Positions 8,238 to 16,381 of a DNA stretch of 18,695 nt are shown piece by piece. The notes beneath the pieces are model-generated. The model was not told the DNA's origin. It worked only from the letters and a program-made list of their open reading frames with translations, and did not search any database. A program made the translations under genes and the position numbers. Numbering within the stretch: the first letter of the stretch is position 1; each line of letters begins with the position of its first letter. The stretch spans positions 1 to 18,695 of the forward strand of contig JACQWB010000276.1 in assembly GCA_016209385.1 (NCBI GenBank), in the 5' to 3' direction. This DNA is from Candidatus Rokuibacteriota bacterium (GTDB lineage: Bacteria; Methylomirabilota; Methylomirabilia; Rokubacteriales; CSP1-6).

Positions 8238-8993
8238 GTGGCGGTCCAGGGTCTCTACGCGCTCCAGAACGGCTTCATCGGGTTCGAGCGGAGCGGCCTC
8301 TTCTACGGGGAGCGCTCGGCCGAGCAGGTGCAGATCCCGGTGGCCTGCTACCTGGTCAAGACCTCCGACGCCACCGTCCTCTTCGACACCGGCTTCTCCC
8401 CGCGCGCGGTGCCCGGCCTCATTCGCACCGACCCGCTCGCCCGCTTCACCGAGGCGGACCTCCTGGTCCACCGCCTCGACTCCATCGGCCTCGAGCCGGA
8501 CGCACTGGACCTGGTCGTGCTCTCCCACCTCCACTTCGACCACGCCGGAGGCGCCTCGCTCTTCCCCAAGTCCGAGCTGGTCGTCCAGCAGGACGAATAC
8601 GCCTACGGCCACTATCCGGCGTCCTTCTACGCGTACCTCTACTACCGGAAGAACTTCGACCTGCCCGGCTACCGGTGGCGGCTCATCGAGGGCGATCTGG
8701 AGCTCGTGCCTGGTGTCACGGTGCTCAGGAGCGACGGCCACACGCCCGGCCACCAGTCGCTCCTGGTGGAGCTGGAGGAGTCCGGGCCGGTCATCCTGGC
8801 CGGAGACTGCTGCTACTGGCAGGAGCACATCGACCAGGAACGGGTGCCCGGCGTGGTCTGGAACCCGACACAGGCGCTGCACTCGATCAAGCGGCTCAAG
8901 ACCATCGCCCGTCTCGTGAAGGGTCAGATCTTCCCGAGCCACGACCCGGTCTTCTGGAGCACCGTGAAGCAGCCGCCCGACTGCTACCGGTGA
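8238..8993 (+). CDS. Metallo-beta-lactamase-fold hydrolase, AiiA-like N-acyl-homoserine-lactone lactonase family, 251 aa
   Basis: HLHFDHAGG (HxHxDH zinc motif, identical in form to AiiA), downstream His/Asp ligands (DGHTPGH, AGDCCY, PSHD); length ~250 aa typical of AHL-lactonase subgroup. GTG start; CATAAT -10-like hexamer immediately upstream. Confidence 0.75.
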   Translation: MAVQGLYALQNGFIGFERSGLFYGERSAEQVQIPVACYLVKTSDATVLFDTGFSPRAVPGLIRTDPLARFTEADLLVHRLDSIGLEPDALDLVVLSHLHFDHAGGASLFPKSELVVQQDEYAYGHYPASFYAYLYYRKNFDLPGYRWRLIEGDLELVPGVTVLRSDGHTPGHQSLLVELEESGPVILAGDCCYWQEHIDQERVPGVVWNPTQALHSIKRLKTIARLVKGQIFPSHDPVFWSTVKQPPDCYR

Positions 8994-9010
8994 GAAGAGG
9001 AGGGTGAACC

Positions 9011-9976
9011 ATGGAGAAGCTGATCTTTGCCGCGATCGTGCTCCTGGCAGGTCTGGCGGTCCACGCGGCGCTTCGACGCCGGGTGGACCTCTTCCCGGCT
9101 CCGCTCGGCGCGATGGTGCGCCGGACCATCCTGGTGTTCGCCGTCGGGATCCCGGCTGTGATCCTCGCCTTCTCGATCCTCCGGATCATCCCGGCGGGCC
9201 ACGTCGGGGTCAAGGTGCTCTTCGGGCAGGTGGACCCGGTCCCGCTTCGCGAGGGGTTGAACCTCTTGTTGAACCCGCTCTACGACGTCGAGATCATGGA
9301 CGCGCGGGTGCACAAGCACACCGCGAAATACGATGCGGCGTCCAAGGATCTCCAGGCGGTCCACGTGGACATGGTGCTTAACTACCGCCTGATCTCGGAC
9401 CGCGCCCCTGAGGTGTTCCGGACCATCGGGCGCGGCTACTCCTCCGTGATCATCGACCCTGCGGCCCAGGAGGTCCTGAAGGCGGAGGCCGCCACCCACA
9501 ACGCCGCGGAGATACTCTTCAAACGTCCAGCGATCAAGGCCGATGTCCAGCAAGGCCTCACGACCTGGCTCGTGAAGTACGGGATCGAGCTGAAGGAGGC
9601 CGCGCTCGCGAACATCCGCTTCGACCCGGCCTACGAGAAGGCCATCGAGGCCAAGCAGATCGAGGAGCAGAAGGCCGAGCAGAAGCGCTACGAGCTGATC
9701 CAGGCCCAGCGCCAGGCCGAGATCGTCGCGGCCCAGGCCAAGGGCAAGGGCGATGCCGCCCGCGAGGAGGCCAAGGGCGTGGCGGATGCCCTGCGCCTCA
9801 AGGGCGAGGCAGAGGCAACATACAACGCCAGGGTCTCGGCGTCCCTGACGCCGGTGCTGATTCAGCAGCAGTACCTCGCGCGCTGGGATGGCCGGCTCCC
9901 TCAGTACAGCCTGGGCGGCAACGTGGTGCCCTTCCTCCAGATCCCGGGCGCGCCGGGTGAAGTGGGCCGGCGCTGA
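9011..9976 (+). CDS. SPFH/band-7 domain protein (prohibitin/HflC-like), membrane-anchored, 321 aa
   Basis: ATG with GAGGAGGGTG SD; N-terminal hydrophobic segments; central SPFH pattern (GHVGVKVLFGQV..., LNYRL); C-terminal Ala/Gln/Glu-rich coiled coil (EQKAEQKRYELIQAQRQAEIVAAQAKGKGDAAREEAKG). Confidence 0.8.
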   Translation: MEKLIFAAIVLLAGLAVHAALRRRVDLFPAPLGAMVRRTILVFAVGIPAVILAFSILRIIPAGHVGVKVLFGQVDPVPLREGLNLLLNPLYDVEIMDARVHKHTAKYDAASKDLQAVHVDMVLNYRLISDRAPEVFRTIGRGYSSVIIDPAAQEVLKAEAATHNAAEILFKRPAIKADVQQGLTTWLVKYGIELKEAALANIRFDPAYEKAIEAKQIEEQKAEQKRYELIQAQRQAEIVAAQAKGKGDAAREEAKGVADALRLKGEAEATYNARVSASLTPVLIQQQYLARWDGRLPQYSLGGNVVPFLQIPGAPGEVGRR

Positions 9977-9989
9977 CAAGGAGCGTTCG

Positions 9990-11189
9990 ATGGCTGGAAT
10001 CCTCGACAGCATCAAGATCCTGGAGCTGGCGCGCGTCGCGCCGGGTGAACTCTGCACGATGATGCTGGCCGACATGGGGGCCGAGGTCTTGAAAATCGAG
10101 ACCCCGCCGTCCGACGGCGAAGCCGAGCCGCACGACGAGAAACGCCGCGCCGCCTTCACCTTCGTCAACCGGAACAAGCGCTCGATCGCGCTCAACCTGA
10201 AGGCCCCCGACGGGCAGGCCATCTTCCGCAAGCTGGCCGCGAGCGCGGACGTGATCGTCGAGGGGTTCCGGCCGGGCGTGATGAAGCGCCTCGGCGGCGA
10301 CTACGAGACGATCCGGAAGCTCAACCCGCGGATCGTCTACTGCTCGCTCTCCGGGTTCGGCCAGGGCGGCCCGTACGCGAGCTACCCTGCCCACGACCTG
10401 AACTACCTCTCGCTGGCGGGCGTCCTGGGACTCATCGGCGAGCCTGACCGGAAGCCGGCGATCCCGCTCAATATCATCGCCGATTACGGCGGGGCAAGCC
10501 TCCACGGCGCGCTCGGGATCATGCTCGCCCTCTTCGCCCGCGAGCGGACGGGCAAGGGGCAGCACGTGGACGTCTCGTATTTGGACACGACCCTCTCGCT
10601 CCTCGCCGCCACTCCCAACCTCCGCTTCCTCTTCTCTGACGGCCTCGCGCCCCGCCGGGGCGGTGGCTTCCTCGGCGGTTCCTACCCCTACTACGCCGTG
10701 TACGAGACCAAGGACGGAAAGCTCCTCACCATCGGCTGCACCGAGCCCTGGCTCTGGGAGAACTTCTGCAAGGCGATCGACCGGCCCGAGTTCGCCAGGT
10801 ATGCCCGCAAGCCCGACCAGTTCGTCCGGGCCGCGAATGCGGAGGAGGTCCGGGCGCGCGAGGAAATCGCGGCGATCATCCGGACGCGGACCCGCGACGA
10901 GTGGTTCGAGTTCCTGGTGAAGCACGACGTCTGCGTGGGGAAGGTCTACGACGTGGAGGAGATGGTGGAGGACCCGCAGCTCCGCCACCGCCAGATGGTG
11001 GTGGAGACCGAGCACCCGGAGGTCGGCAAGGTGAAGGAGTTCGGGATCGCCATCAAGCTCTCCGAGACGCCTGGCTCGGTCCGCCGCGCGGCCCCCTATC
11101 GGGGCGAGCACACCGACGAGGTGCTTCAGGGCCTGGGGATGACGCCTCAGGAGATCAAGGCGCTCAGGGAGAAAAAGGTCGTCAGCTGA
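9990..11189 (+). CDS. Family III CoA-transferase (CaiB/BaiF family), 399 aa
   Basis: N-terminus MAGILDSIKILELARVAPGELCTMMLADMGAEVLKIE is the characteristic CaiB/BaiF start; AAGGAG SD upstream; conserved Asp region (GFRPGV...). Six-frame ORF start at 9888 overlaps SPFH gene and is rejected in favour of 9990. Confidence 0.85.
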   Translation: MAGILDSIKILELARVAPGELCTMMLADMGAEVLKIETPPSDGEAEPHDEKRRAAFTFVNRNKRSIALNLKAPDGQAIFRKLAASADVIVEGFRPGVMKRLGGDYETIRKLNPRIVYCSLSGFGQGGPYASYPAHDLNYLSLAGVLGLIGEPDRKPAIPLNIIADYGGASLHGALGIMLALFARERTGKGQHVDVSYLDTTLSLLAATPNLRFLFSDGLAPRRGGGFLGGSYPYYAVYETKDGKLLTIGCTEPWLWENFCKAIDRPEFARYARKPDQFVRAANAEEVRAREEIAAIIRTRTRDEWFEFLVKHDVCVGKVYDVEEMVEDPQLRHRQMVVETEHPEVGKVKEFGIAIKLSETPGSVRRAAPYRGEHTDEVLQGLGMTPQEIKALREKKVVS

Positions 11190-11241
11190 GCATGGGCGTC
11201 TGCGAGCGCAATGCGAGAATAAATCCGCTGTGGAGGAGAAG

Positions 11242-11610
11242 GTGGGGACGTTCCGGGTAGAGGTAACAGTCAAAAATCTCCGGGAGCCCACTCGGAGCCG
11301 AACCCTCTCTGCCCTCGTGGACACCGGCGCGACCTACATGACGCTGCCCCGCGACGTGGTAGAGACTCTCGGCTGTGAGCCGATCGGCAAGCGGCGAGTC
11401 CTTCTCGCCAACGGGCGCGAAGAGGAGTGGCCTTTGGGGGTGATCCTGCTCGCCTTGGAGGGGCAGGAACTGCCGACAGTTTGCCTCATCGGCCCCAACG
11501 GCGGACCGGCCCTGCTGGGTGCAGTAACGCTAGAAGAATTTGCCCTACGCGTTGATCCGGTAGCCAAGCGATTGGTCCCGGTTCGAAGCTACCTGACCCC
11601 GCTCAGCTGA
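11242..11610 (+). CDS. Retropepsin-like (clan AA) aspartic protease, standalone, 122 aa
   Basis: DTGA catalytic motif in LSALVDTGATYMTLP, flap region and C-terminal xLG motif (ALLGAVTLEEF) typical of dimeric retropepsin-like bacterial proteins; GTG start chosen because GGAGGAGAAG SD sits directly upstream (track start 11230 is 4 codons earlier). Confidence 0.7.
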   Translation: MGTFRVEVTVKNLREPTRSRTLSALVDTGATYMTLPRDVVETLGCEPIGKRRVLLANGREEEWPLGVILLALEGQELPTVCLIGPNGGPALLGAVTLEEFALRVDPVAKRLVPVRSYLTPLS

Positions 11611-12718
11611 AGCGGGGCATCACCTTCGCTGCGAACAGCTCCAGGTTCTCGAGGACCTGCTGATGCGGGGAGAGGCCCTGGTTCAGCCAGATGAAGAACT
11701 CGTCGAAGTTGAGGGCGTGCTGCAGGGTTTCGAGCTGGCGGCTGATCGAATCCGGATCGCCGATCAGCTCCAGCCCCTGGGGAAACCCGAACGGCGTGAA
11801 CCACTCCGCGTGGGCGAAGCGGTAGGGCTCGGCGAATTTCTCCGCCTTCCCCGGGTCGGACGCCAGCGAGACGAAGCCGCCCAGCGCGATGGACTCTCCC
11901 CACTTGAGCTCGCGCCCGGCCCGGGCCGCCTCCTCGCGGTAGACGGTGAAGAGGTCCTTGCAGAAGTCCAGGTCGCCGGAGAGGAGGACCGGGATCCCAC
12001 CCACCTTGGCCCAGTAGCGCACCGTGCTCATGCTGAAGGCGAACGGACCGTAGATCGGCGGGTGCGGCTTCTGGAGGGGGCGCGGCGTGATCCCGATCTC
12101 GACGAGCTGATCTTGCGCGTCCACGCCCCGGCCCCACTTCTTAGTGGCGGGCGAGAGCCACGCCGTGTCGGGCGGCGGGATCGTCCAGAACTTCCCCTCG
12201 TAGCGGAAGGTCTCGCGGGTCCACGCCAGCTTGATGATGGTGAGCGCCTCCTCGAAGGCTTCCCGGTTGATCTGGTCCATCTCGCTCTTGTCCGAGCGGG
12301 TGGCGCCCACGTGGATGTGCTGGGCCAGCGTGTTCACCCAGCGCGTCTGGTAGCCGCGCGCGAAGCCGGCGTAGGCGCGCCCGCCGGAGATCTGGTCCAG
12401 GATCGCGATGTCCTCGGCCACGCGGAGCGGGCTCGAGGCTGGGAGCACGATGCCGAGCTGGCCCAAGCGCAGGCGCTTGGTCACCATGGCCACGTAGAGG
12501 TCGAGCAGTACGGGGTTCGTCGAGCACTCGAACCCCTCGATGTGGAAGTGATGCTCGGTGAAGCCGATCCCGGCGTAGCCCAGCTCATCGGCCAGCCGCG
12601 CGATATCCCGAATCTCGCCGAGCATCCGCTGGTAGAGGTCGTCGCGCTGGCCGGCCATGCCGCAGGCAAGCTCGTCGGGCTGCCCGACCGTGGGGAGCAT
12701 GAACAGGTGAAATTTCAC
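11603..12718 (-). CDS. LLM-class flavin-dependent oxidoreductase (luciferase-like monooxygenase), 371 aa
   Basis: MKFHLFML start, GFTEHHF motif, overall bacterial luciferase-like TIM barrel pattern; GTG start. Cofactor (FMN vs F420) not determinable from sequence alone. Confidence 0.85.
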   Translation of the reverse strand: MKFHLFMLPTVGQPDELACGMAGQRDDLYQRMLGEIRDIARLADELGYAGIGFTEHHFHIEGFECSTNPVLLDLYVAMVTKRLRLGQLGIVLPASSPLRVAEDIAILDQISGGRAYAGFARGYQTRWVNTLAQHIHVGATRSDKSEMDQINREAFEEALTIIKLAWTRETFRYEGKFWTIPPPDTAWLSPATKKWGRGVDAQDQLVEIGITPRPLQKPHPPIYGPFAFSMSTVRYWAKVGGIPVLLSGDLDFCKDLFTVYREEAARAGRELKWGESIALGGFVSLASDPGKAEKFAEPYRFAHAEWFTPFGFPQGLELIGDPDSISRQLETLQHALNFDEFFIWLNQGLSPHQQVLENLELFAAKVMPRFS

Positions 12719-12783
12719 GAACTCGCATGCTACGCGAGCGGGTAGACCCTGTCAAGGATGAGCGACCTTCGGGAGGGTGCAAT

Positions 12784-13812
12784 ATGACGTATCGGAACGA
12801 AGAGGCGAACACGAAATTCAGAACCGTCTGGCTCGTCGTCACCCTCGCCCTGGGAATCCTTTCGGCGCCGCTTTCACCAGAAGCGCAGCAGCCAGCGAAA
12901 GTTCCCAGGATAGGTGTTCTATTGCCGTGGCCCGCTCCGGCTCCCTCTGCGCCCTCGCCCCTCCTCGAGGCATTCCGGCAAGGCCTGCGTGAGCTCGGCC
13001 ACGTGGAGGGGCAGAACATTGCCATCGAGTACCGGTATGCGGAGGGGACGTTCGAACGGCTCCCCGACCTCGCCGCTGAGCTGGTGCGTCTCAAGGTTGA
13101 CGTCATCGTGACAACGAGCACGCGAGCGATCCAGGCTGCCAAGCAAGCGACCACCCAGATTCCCATCGTCATGGCGGTTTCCGGCGATCCTGTCGGGACG
13201 GGGCTCGTCGCCAGCCTCGCGCGACCGTGAGGGAACATCACGGGGCTGTCCCTCCTTGCCCCCGAGCTGGCGGGCAAGCGGTTGGAGCTGCTCAAGGAGT
13301 CCTTGCCCGGGCTCTCCCGCGTGGCCGTACTCTGGAATTCGCCCAGTGTCGCCATGAGACACACATTTAGAGAGGCGCAGGTCGCAGCAGGAGTGTTGGG
13401 GCTAAGGTTTATATCCCTCGAGGTACAAGGAAATCCCGAAGATTTCGAGCGCGTCTTCTCCACGATCCCCCGGGAGCGTCCGGACGGGCTCTTCGTCACG
13501 CTGGACCCGTTCACCAATCTTCATCGGAGACGGATCGCTGAGCTTGCGGCAAAGCACCAACTGCCAGCGATCTACGAGAACAGGGAGTTTGTCGACGCCG
13601 GAGGTCTCATGTCGTATGGACCGAGCGTTCGTGATATGTGGAGGCGCGCTGCCACCTTTGTGGACAAGATCCTCAAAGGCACCAAGCCTGCAGACCTGCC
13701 CGTCGAGCAACCCACGCGCTTCGAGCTGGTCATCAACATGAAGACCGCCAGGGCCCTCGGCCTCACGATCCCAGAGTCTGTCCTCATCCGGGCAGACAAA
13801 ATCATCGACTGA
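12784..13812 (+). pseudogene. ABC-transporter substrate-binding protein of the PF04392 (ABC_sub_bind) type, interrupted by a single in-frame TGA at 13228-13230
   Basis: Two track ORFs (12727-13230 and 13282-13812) are in the same frame, separated only by TGA; the stop falls exactly in the family-typical motif SLARP-G-GNITGLS (reads ARP*GNITGLS), so a Gly codon GGA appears changed to TGA. N-terminal signal peptide (KFRTVWLVVTLALGILSAPLSPEAQQ); ATG at 12784 with GGGAGGG SD. TGA is used as a genuine stop elsewhere in the window. Confidence 0.7.
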
Positions 13813-13863
13813 GGTGGGCTAAGACAAGGAGAGAACCTCCCCCATGTGGATGGAGCGCGCGTG

Positions 13864-14562
13864 ATGATCTCGGTGATCAAGGCCCAGGACCGCTACCACC
13901 ACGAGACCGACTGGCTCTCCACCTACTGGCACTTCTCCTTCGACCACTACTGGGATCCGACGAACGTCTCCTTCGGCGCGCTCCGGGTCTTCAACGACGA
14001 CGTGATCCAGCCCGGGACCGGCTTCCCGCCCCATGGCCACCGGGACATGGAGATCATCACCTACGTGCTCGAGGGGGAGCTGGAGCACGAGGACAACCAG
14101 GGGAATCGCGGGCGAATCCGGGCGGCCGAGGTGCAGGTGATGTCGGCAGGGACAGGCATCGCCCACGCTGAGCGGAACCCGTCGAAGACCGATCCGCTCC
14201 ACCTGCTCCAGATCTGGATCCTCCCGCGCACGAAGGGGCTCCGCCCTCGGTGGGAGCAGCGGGAGTTCACGAAGGCGGAGCGGCAGGGACGCCTGGTGCC
14301 GGTCGTGTCAGGTACGGGCGAGGCGAAGACTCTGAGGATCGACCAGGACGCGACGATCTTCATCAGCGCTCTCGATCAGGCTCAAACCGTCACCCACGTA
14401 CCGGCGGACAACCGGCGCATCTACCTGTTTATCATCAGCGGGGGGCTCGACGTTAACGGCCTGCGCTTGGCTGCCGGCGACCAGGCGCGGATCACCGACG
14501 AACCCCGCCTCGCCCTCACGGCGCCCGCGCCTTCGGAACTGATCCTCCTAGACCTACCGTAG
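13864..14562 (+). CDS. Pirin family protein (cupin; quercetinase/YhhW-like), ~232 aa
   Basis: Pirin signature GFPPHGHRDMEIITYVLEG (HxH...E metal site), N-terminal alignment to pirin starts (MI..AxxRxH..W..S.HxFSF); start uncertain: ATG 13864 with GGAG 8 nt upstream preferred over in-frame GTG 13846 (track) whose SD spacing is 15 nt. Confidence 0.8.
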   Translation: MISVIKAQDRYHHETDWLSTYWHFSFDHYWDPTNVSFGALRVFNDDVIQPGTGFPPHGHRDMEIITYVLEGELEHEDNQGNRGRIRAAEVQVMSAGTGIAHAERNPSKTDPLHLLQIWILPRTKGLRPRWEQREFTKAERQGRLVPVVSGTGEAKTLRIDQDATIFISALDQAQTVTHVPADNRRIYLFIISGGLDVNGLRLAAGDQARITDEPRLALTAPAPSELILLDLP

Positions 14563-14563
14563 C

Positions 14564-14608
14564 GGGCCGGGCCCCCTCACCTTTCCCCCCTCCCCCTGGG
14601 CCCGGCCC
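14564..14608. terminator. GC-rich bidirectional hairpin between convergent pirin and binding-protein genes (stem GGGCCGGGCCC / GGGCCCGGCCC, ~23-nt pyrimidine-rich loop)
   Basis: Perfect 11-bp inverted repeat seen directly in the 66-nt convergent intergenic spacer; no U-tract, as is common for high-GC genomes. Coordinates approximate (+/-3). Confidence 0.5.
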
Positions 14609-14628
14609 TCACCGGCGACAGGGCCTCG

Positions 14629-16359
14629 TCAACTCTTCTCCACCACGTACAGGTGGGTGAGCATGTCCACGTAGATGTTGCCGTCCACCACGACCTCGCC
14701 GAAGCGGTTCTTCTCCACCCCGCGCACCCACGGCTTGAAGGCCCCGTAGCGGAGCACCCAGGTCACGGGCACGTAGCCCACATCGGCCTGGAGGGCCTCC
14801 TCGGCCTTCTTGTAGAGCTCCATTCGCTTCTTCTGGTCGCGCTCGCCGCGGCCCGCCTCCAGGAGCTTGTCGAACTCGTCGTTCACCCATGCCTGGCGCT
14901 TGCCGGTGGTGCGCTTGCCATAGAAGGTATCGAAGTACTCGTTGTGCGGGTCGGGGTAGTCCATGAACCAGCGAATCCACACGAGCTGGAGGTCCTGTTT
15001 CCACAGCCGGTCACGGAAGACCCTCGGCTCCAGCACTTCCAGCTCGGTCTTCATGTTCAGGTGCTCCAGCAGCATGGCCTGGACCGCTTCGCCCATGGGC
15101 TTGGCGCCGTAGCCCTCCTCGCGCATCGACATGACAATCTTGGGCCAGCTCTTCCCGCCCTGGTAGGGCGTCCCCTTGAGGGCGGCCATCGCGGCCTTCG
15201 GGTCGAACTTCTGGATGTCGCGGATCTTCTTATCGTCGATGTAGCCCGGAAAGCCCGGCGGGATCATGCAGTGGGCCGGGATCCCGAACCCCTGGCTCAC
15301 CTTGCCGACGGTCTCGCGGTCGATTGCCTGAGCGACTGCGCGGCGAACCTTGATGTTGTCGAAGGGCGGCTTGGTCACCTGGGGGGTGAGATACCAGGTC
15401 CCCGGGTAGGGGTAGCGGAAGACTTCCTTCCCGAGCCTGGGGTCGGCCTGGGCGCGCCTGAGGTCACCCGGCGGCACGAGCGAGAAATCCGTCTCGTTGT
15501 TCTCGTAGGGGAGGAAACCCGATGGCAGCGGGATGATGGGGACGATCACCTTCTGCAGGTGCACGTTCTTGGCGTCGTAGTAGTGGGGGTTCTTCTTCAT
15601 CGTGAACTGCTTGTTGTGGTCCCAGGATTCCAGCGTGAAGGGCCCGTTGGTGACGATGTTCGCAGCCTCCGTCCACTTGTCGCCGTGCTTCTCCACAGCC
15701 GGGCGGTGCGCCGGGAGCGCGGCCAGGTACGCCGTCAGCACCGGGAAGTAACCGCGGGGGCCTTCCAGTGTGACCTCCAGCGTGGAGTCGTCCTTGGCGC
15801 TCACGCCGACGAGGGCCGGATTCTTGATCTGGCCCTTATTAAAGGCCTCGCCGTTCTTGATGTCGTAGAGGAACGCGGCATACGGCGCCGCGGTCGCCGG
15901 GTCGAGCTGGCGCTTCCAGGACCAGGCGAAGTCGTGGGCGGTGCAGGGCGCGCCGTCGGACCACTTGGAGTCCTTCCGCATGTGGAAGGTCCAGACCGAA
16001 CCGTCCTTGTTGGACTCGACCTTGGTGGCCAGCCACGGCACCGCGACGAAGTCGGCATTGAAGCGCATGAGCCCCGCAAAGAGGGCGGGGTGGCCACCGC
16101 AGTAGAGGTCCTTGTTGAAGTCGTGGCTCGACGGGTCGTTCTGGAAGTAGCCGCCGCCCCCGATCCTGATCACCTGCTCCTTGGCGAGCTTCTCGCCGGG
16201 AGCGGGCTTGGTGGGCCTGGCAGCCTCGACCCGCGAGACGAATCCGGCGCCGCCGAGGGCGGCCATTGCGCCGACGACCTTGAGGAAGTCCCGGCGGCTC
16301 ACACCGAGCGCCTGGAGCCGCCTTTCGAAGAGAGCGAGCTGTTCATCCTGCAGTCGCAT
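14629..16359 (-). CDS. ABC transporter substrate-binding protein, family 5 (peptide/nickel/opine type, OppA/DppA-like), Tat-exported, 576 aa
   Basis: Twin-arginine signal SRRDFLKVVGAMAALGG; length and motif pattern of SBP_bac_5; ATG with AAAGGAGGCG SD; directly downstream of the two permease genes. Confidence 0.85.
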   Translation of the reverse strand: MRLQDEQLALFERRLQALGVSRRDFLKVVGAMAALGGAGFVSRVEAARPTKPAPGEKLAKEQVIRIGGGGYFQNDPSSHDFNKDLYCGGHPALFAGLMRFNADFVAVPWLATKVESNKDGSVWTFHMRKDSKWSDGAPCTAHDFAWSWKRQLDPATAAPYAAFLYDIKNGEAFNKGQIKNPALVGVSAKDDSTLEVTLEGPRGYFPVLTAYLAALPAHRPAVEKHGDKWTEAANIVTNGPFTLESWDHNKQFTMKKNPHYYDAKNVHLQKVIVPIIPLPSGFLPYENNETDFSLVPPGDLRRAQADPRLGKEVFRYPYPGTWYLTPQVTKPPFDNIKVRRAVAQAIDRETVGKVSQGFGIPAHCMIPPGFPGYIDDKKIRDIQKFDPKAAMAALKGTPYQGGKSWPKIVMSMREEGYGAKPMGEAVQAMLLEHLNMKTELEVLEPRVFRDRLWKQDLQLVWIRWFMDYPDPHNEYFDTFYGKRTTGKRQAWVNDEFDKLLEAGRGERDQKKRMELYKKAEEALQADVGYVPVTWVLRYGAFKPWVRGVEKNRFGEVVVDGNIYVDMLTHLYVVEKS

Positions 16360-16381
16360 ACGCGCCTCCTTTGGTTGCGGA

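Noticed and set aside
9888-9989. N-terminal extension of the CoA-transferase ORF from 9888
   Set aside because: It overlaps the 3' end of the SPFH gene in another frame. The family-typical N-terminus MAGILDSIKILE with an AAGGAG SD starts at 9990.
13228-13230. In-frame TGA in the substrate-binding gene as evidence for a UGA=Gly recoded genome (genetic code 25) or selenocysteine
   Set aside because: UGA terminates several well-supported genes in this window (MBL lactonase, CoA-transferase, HyuA, retropepsin). Code-25 lineages are low-GC. The position corresponds to a conserved Gly, not a Cys/Sec site, and no SECIS-like hairpin follows.
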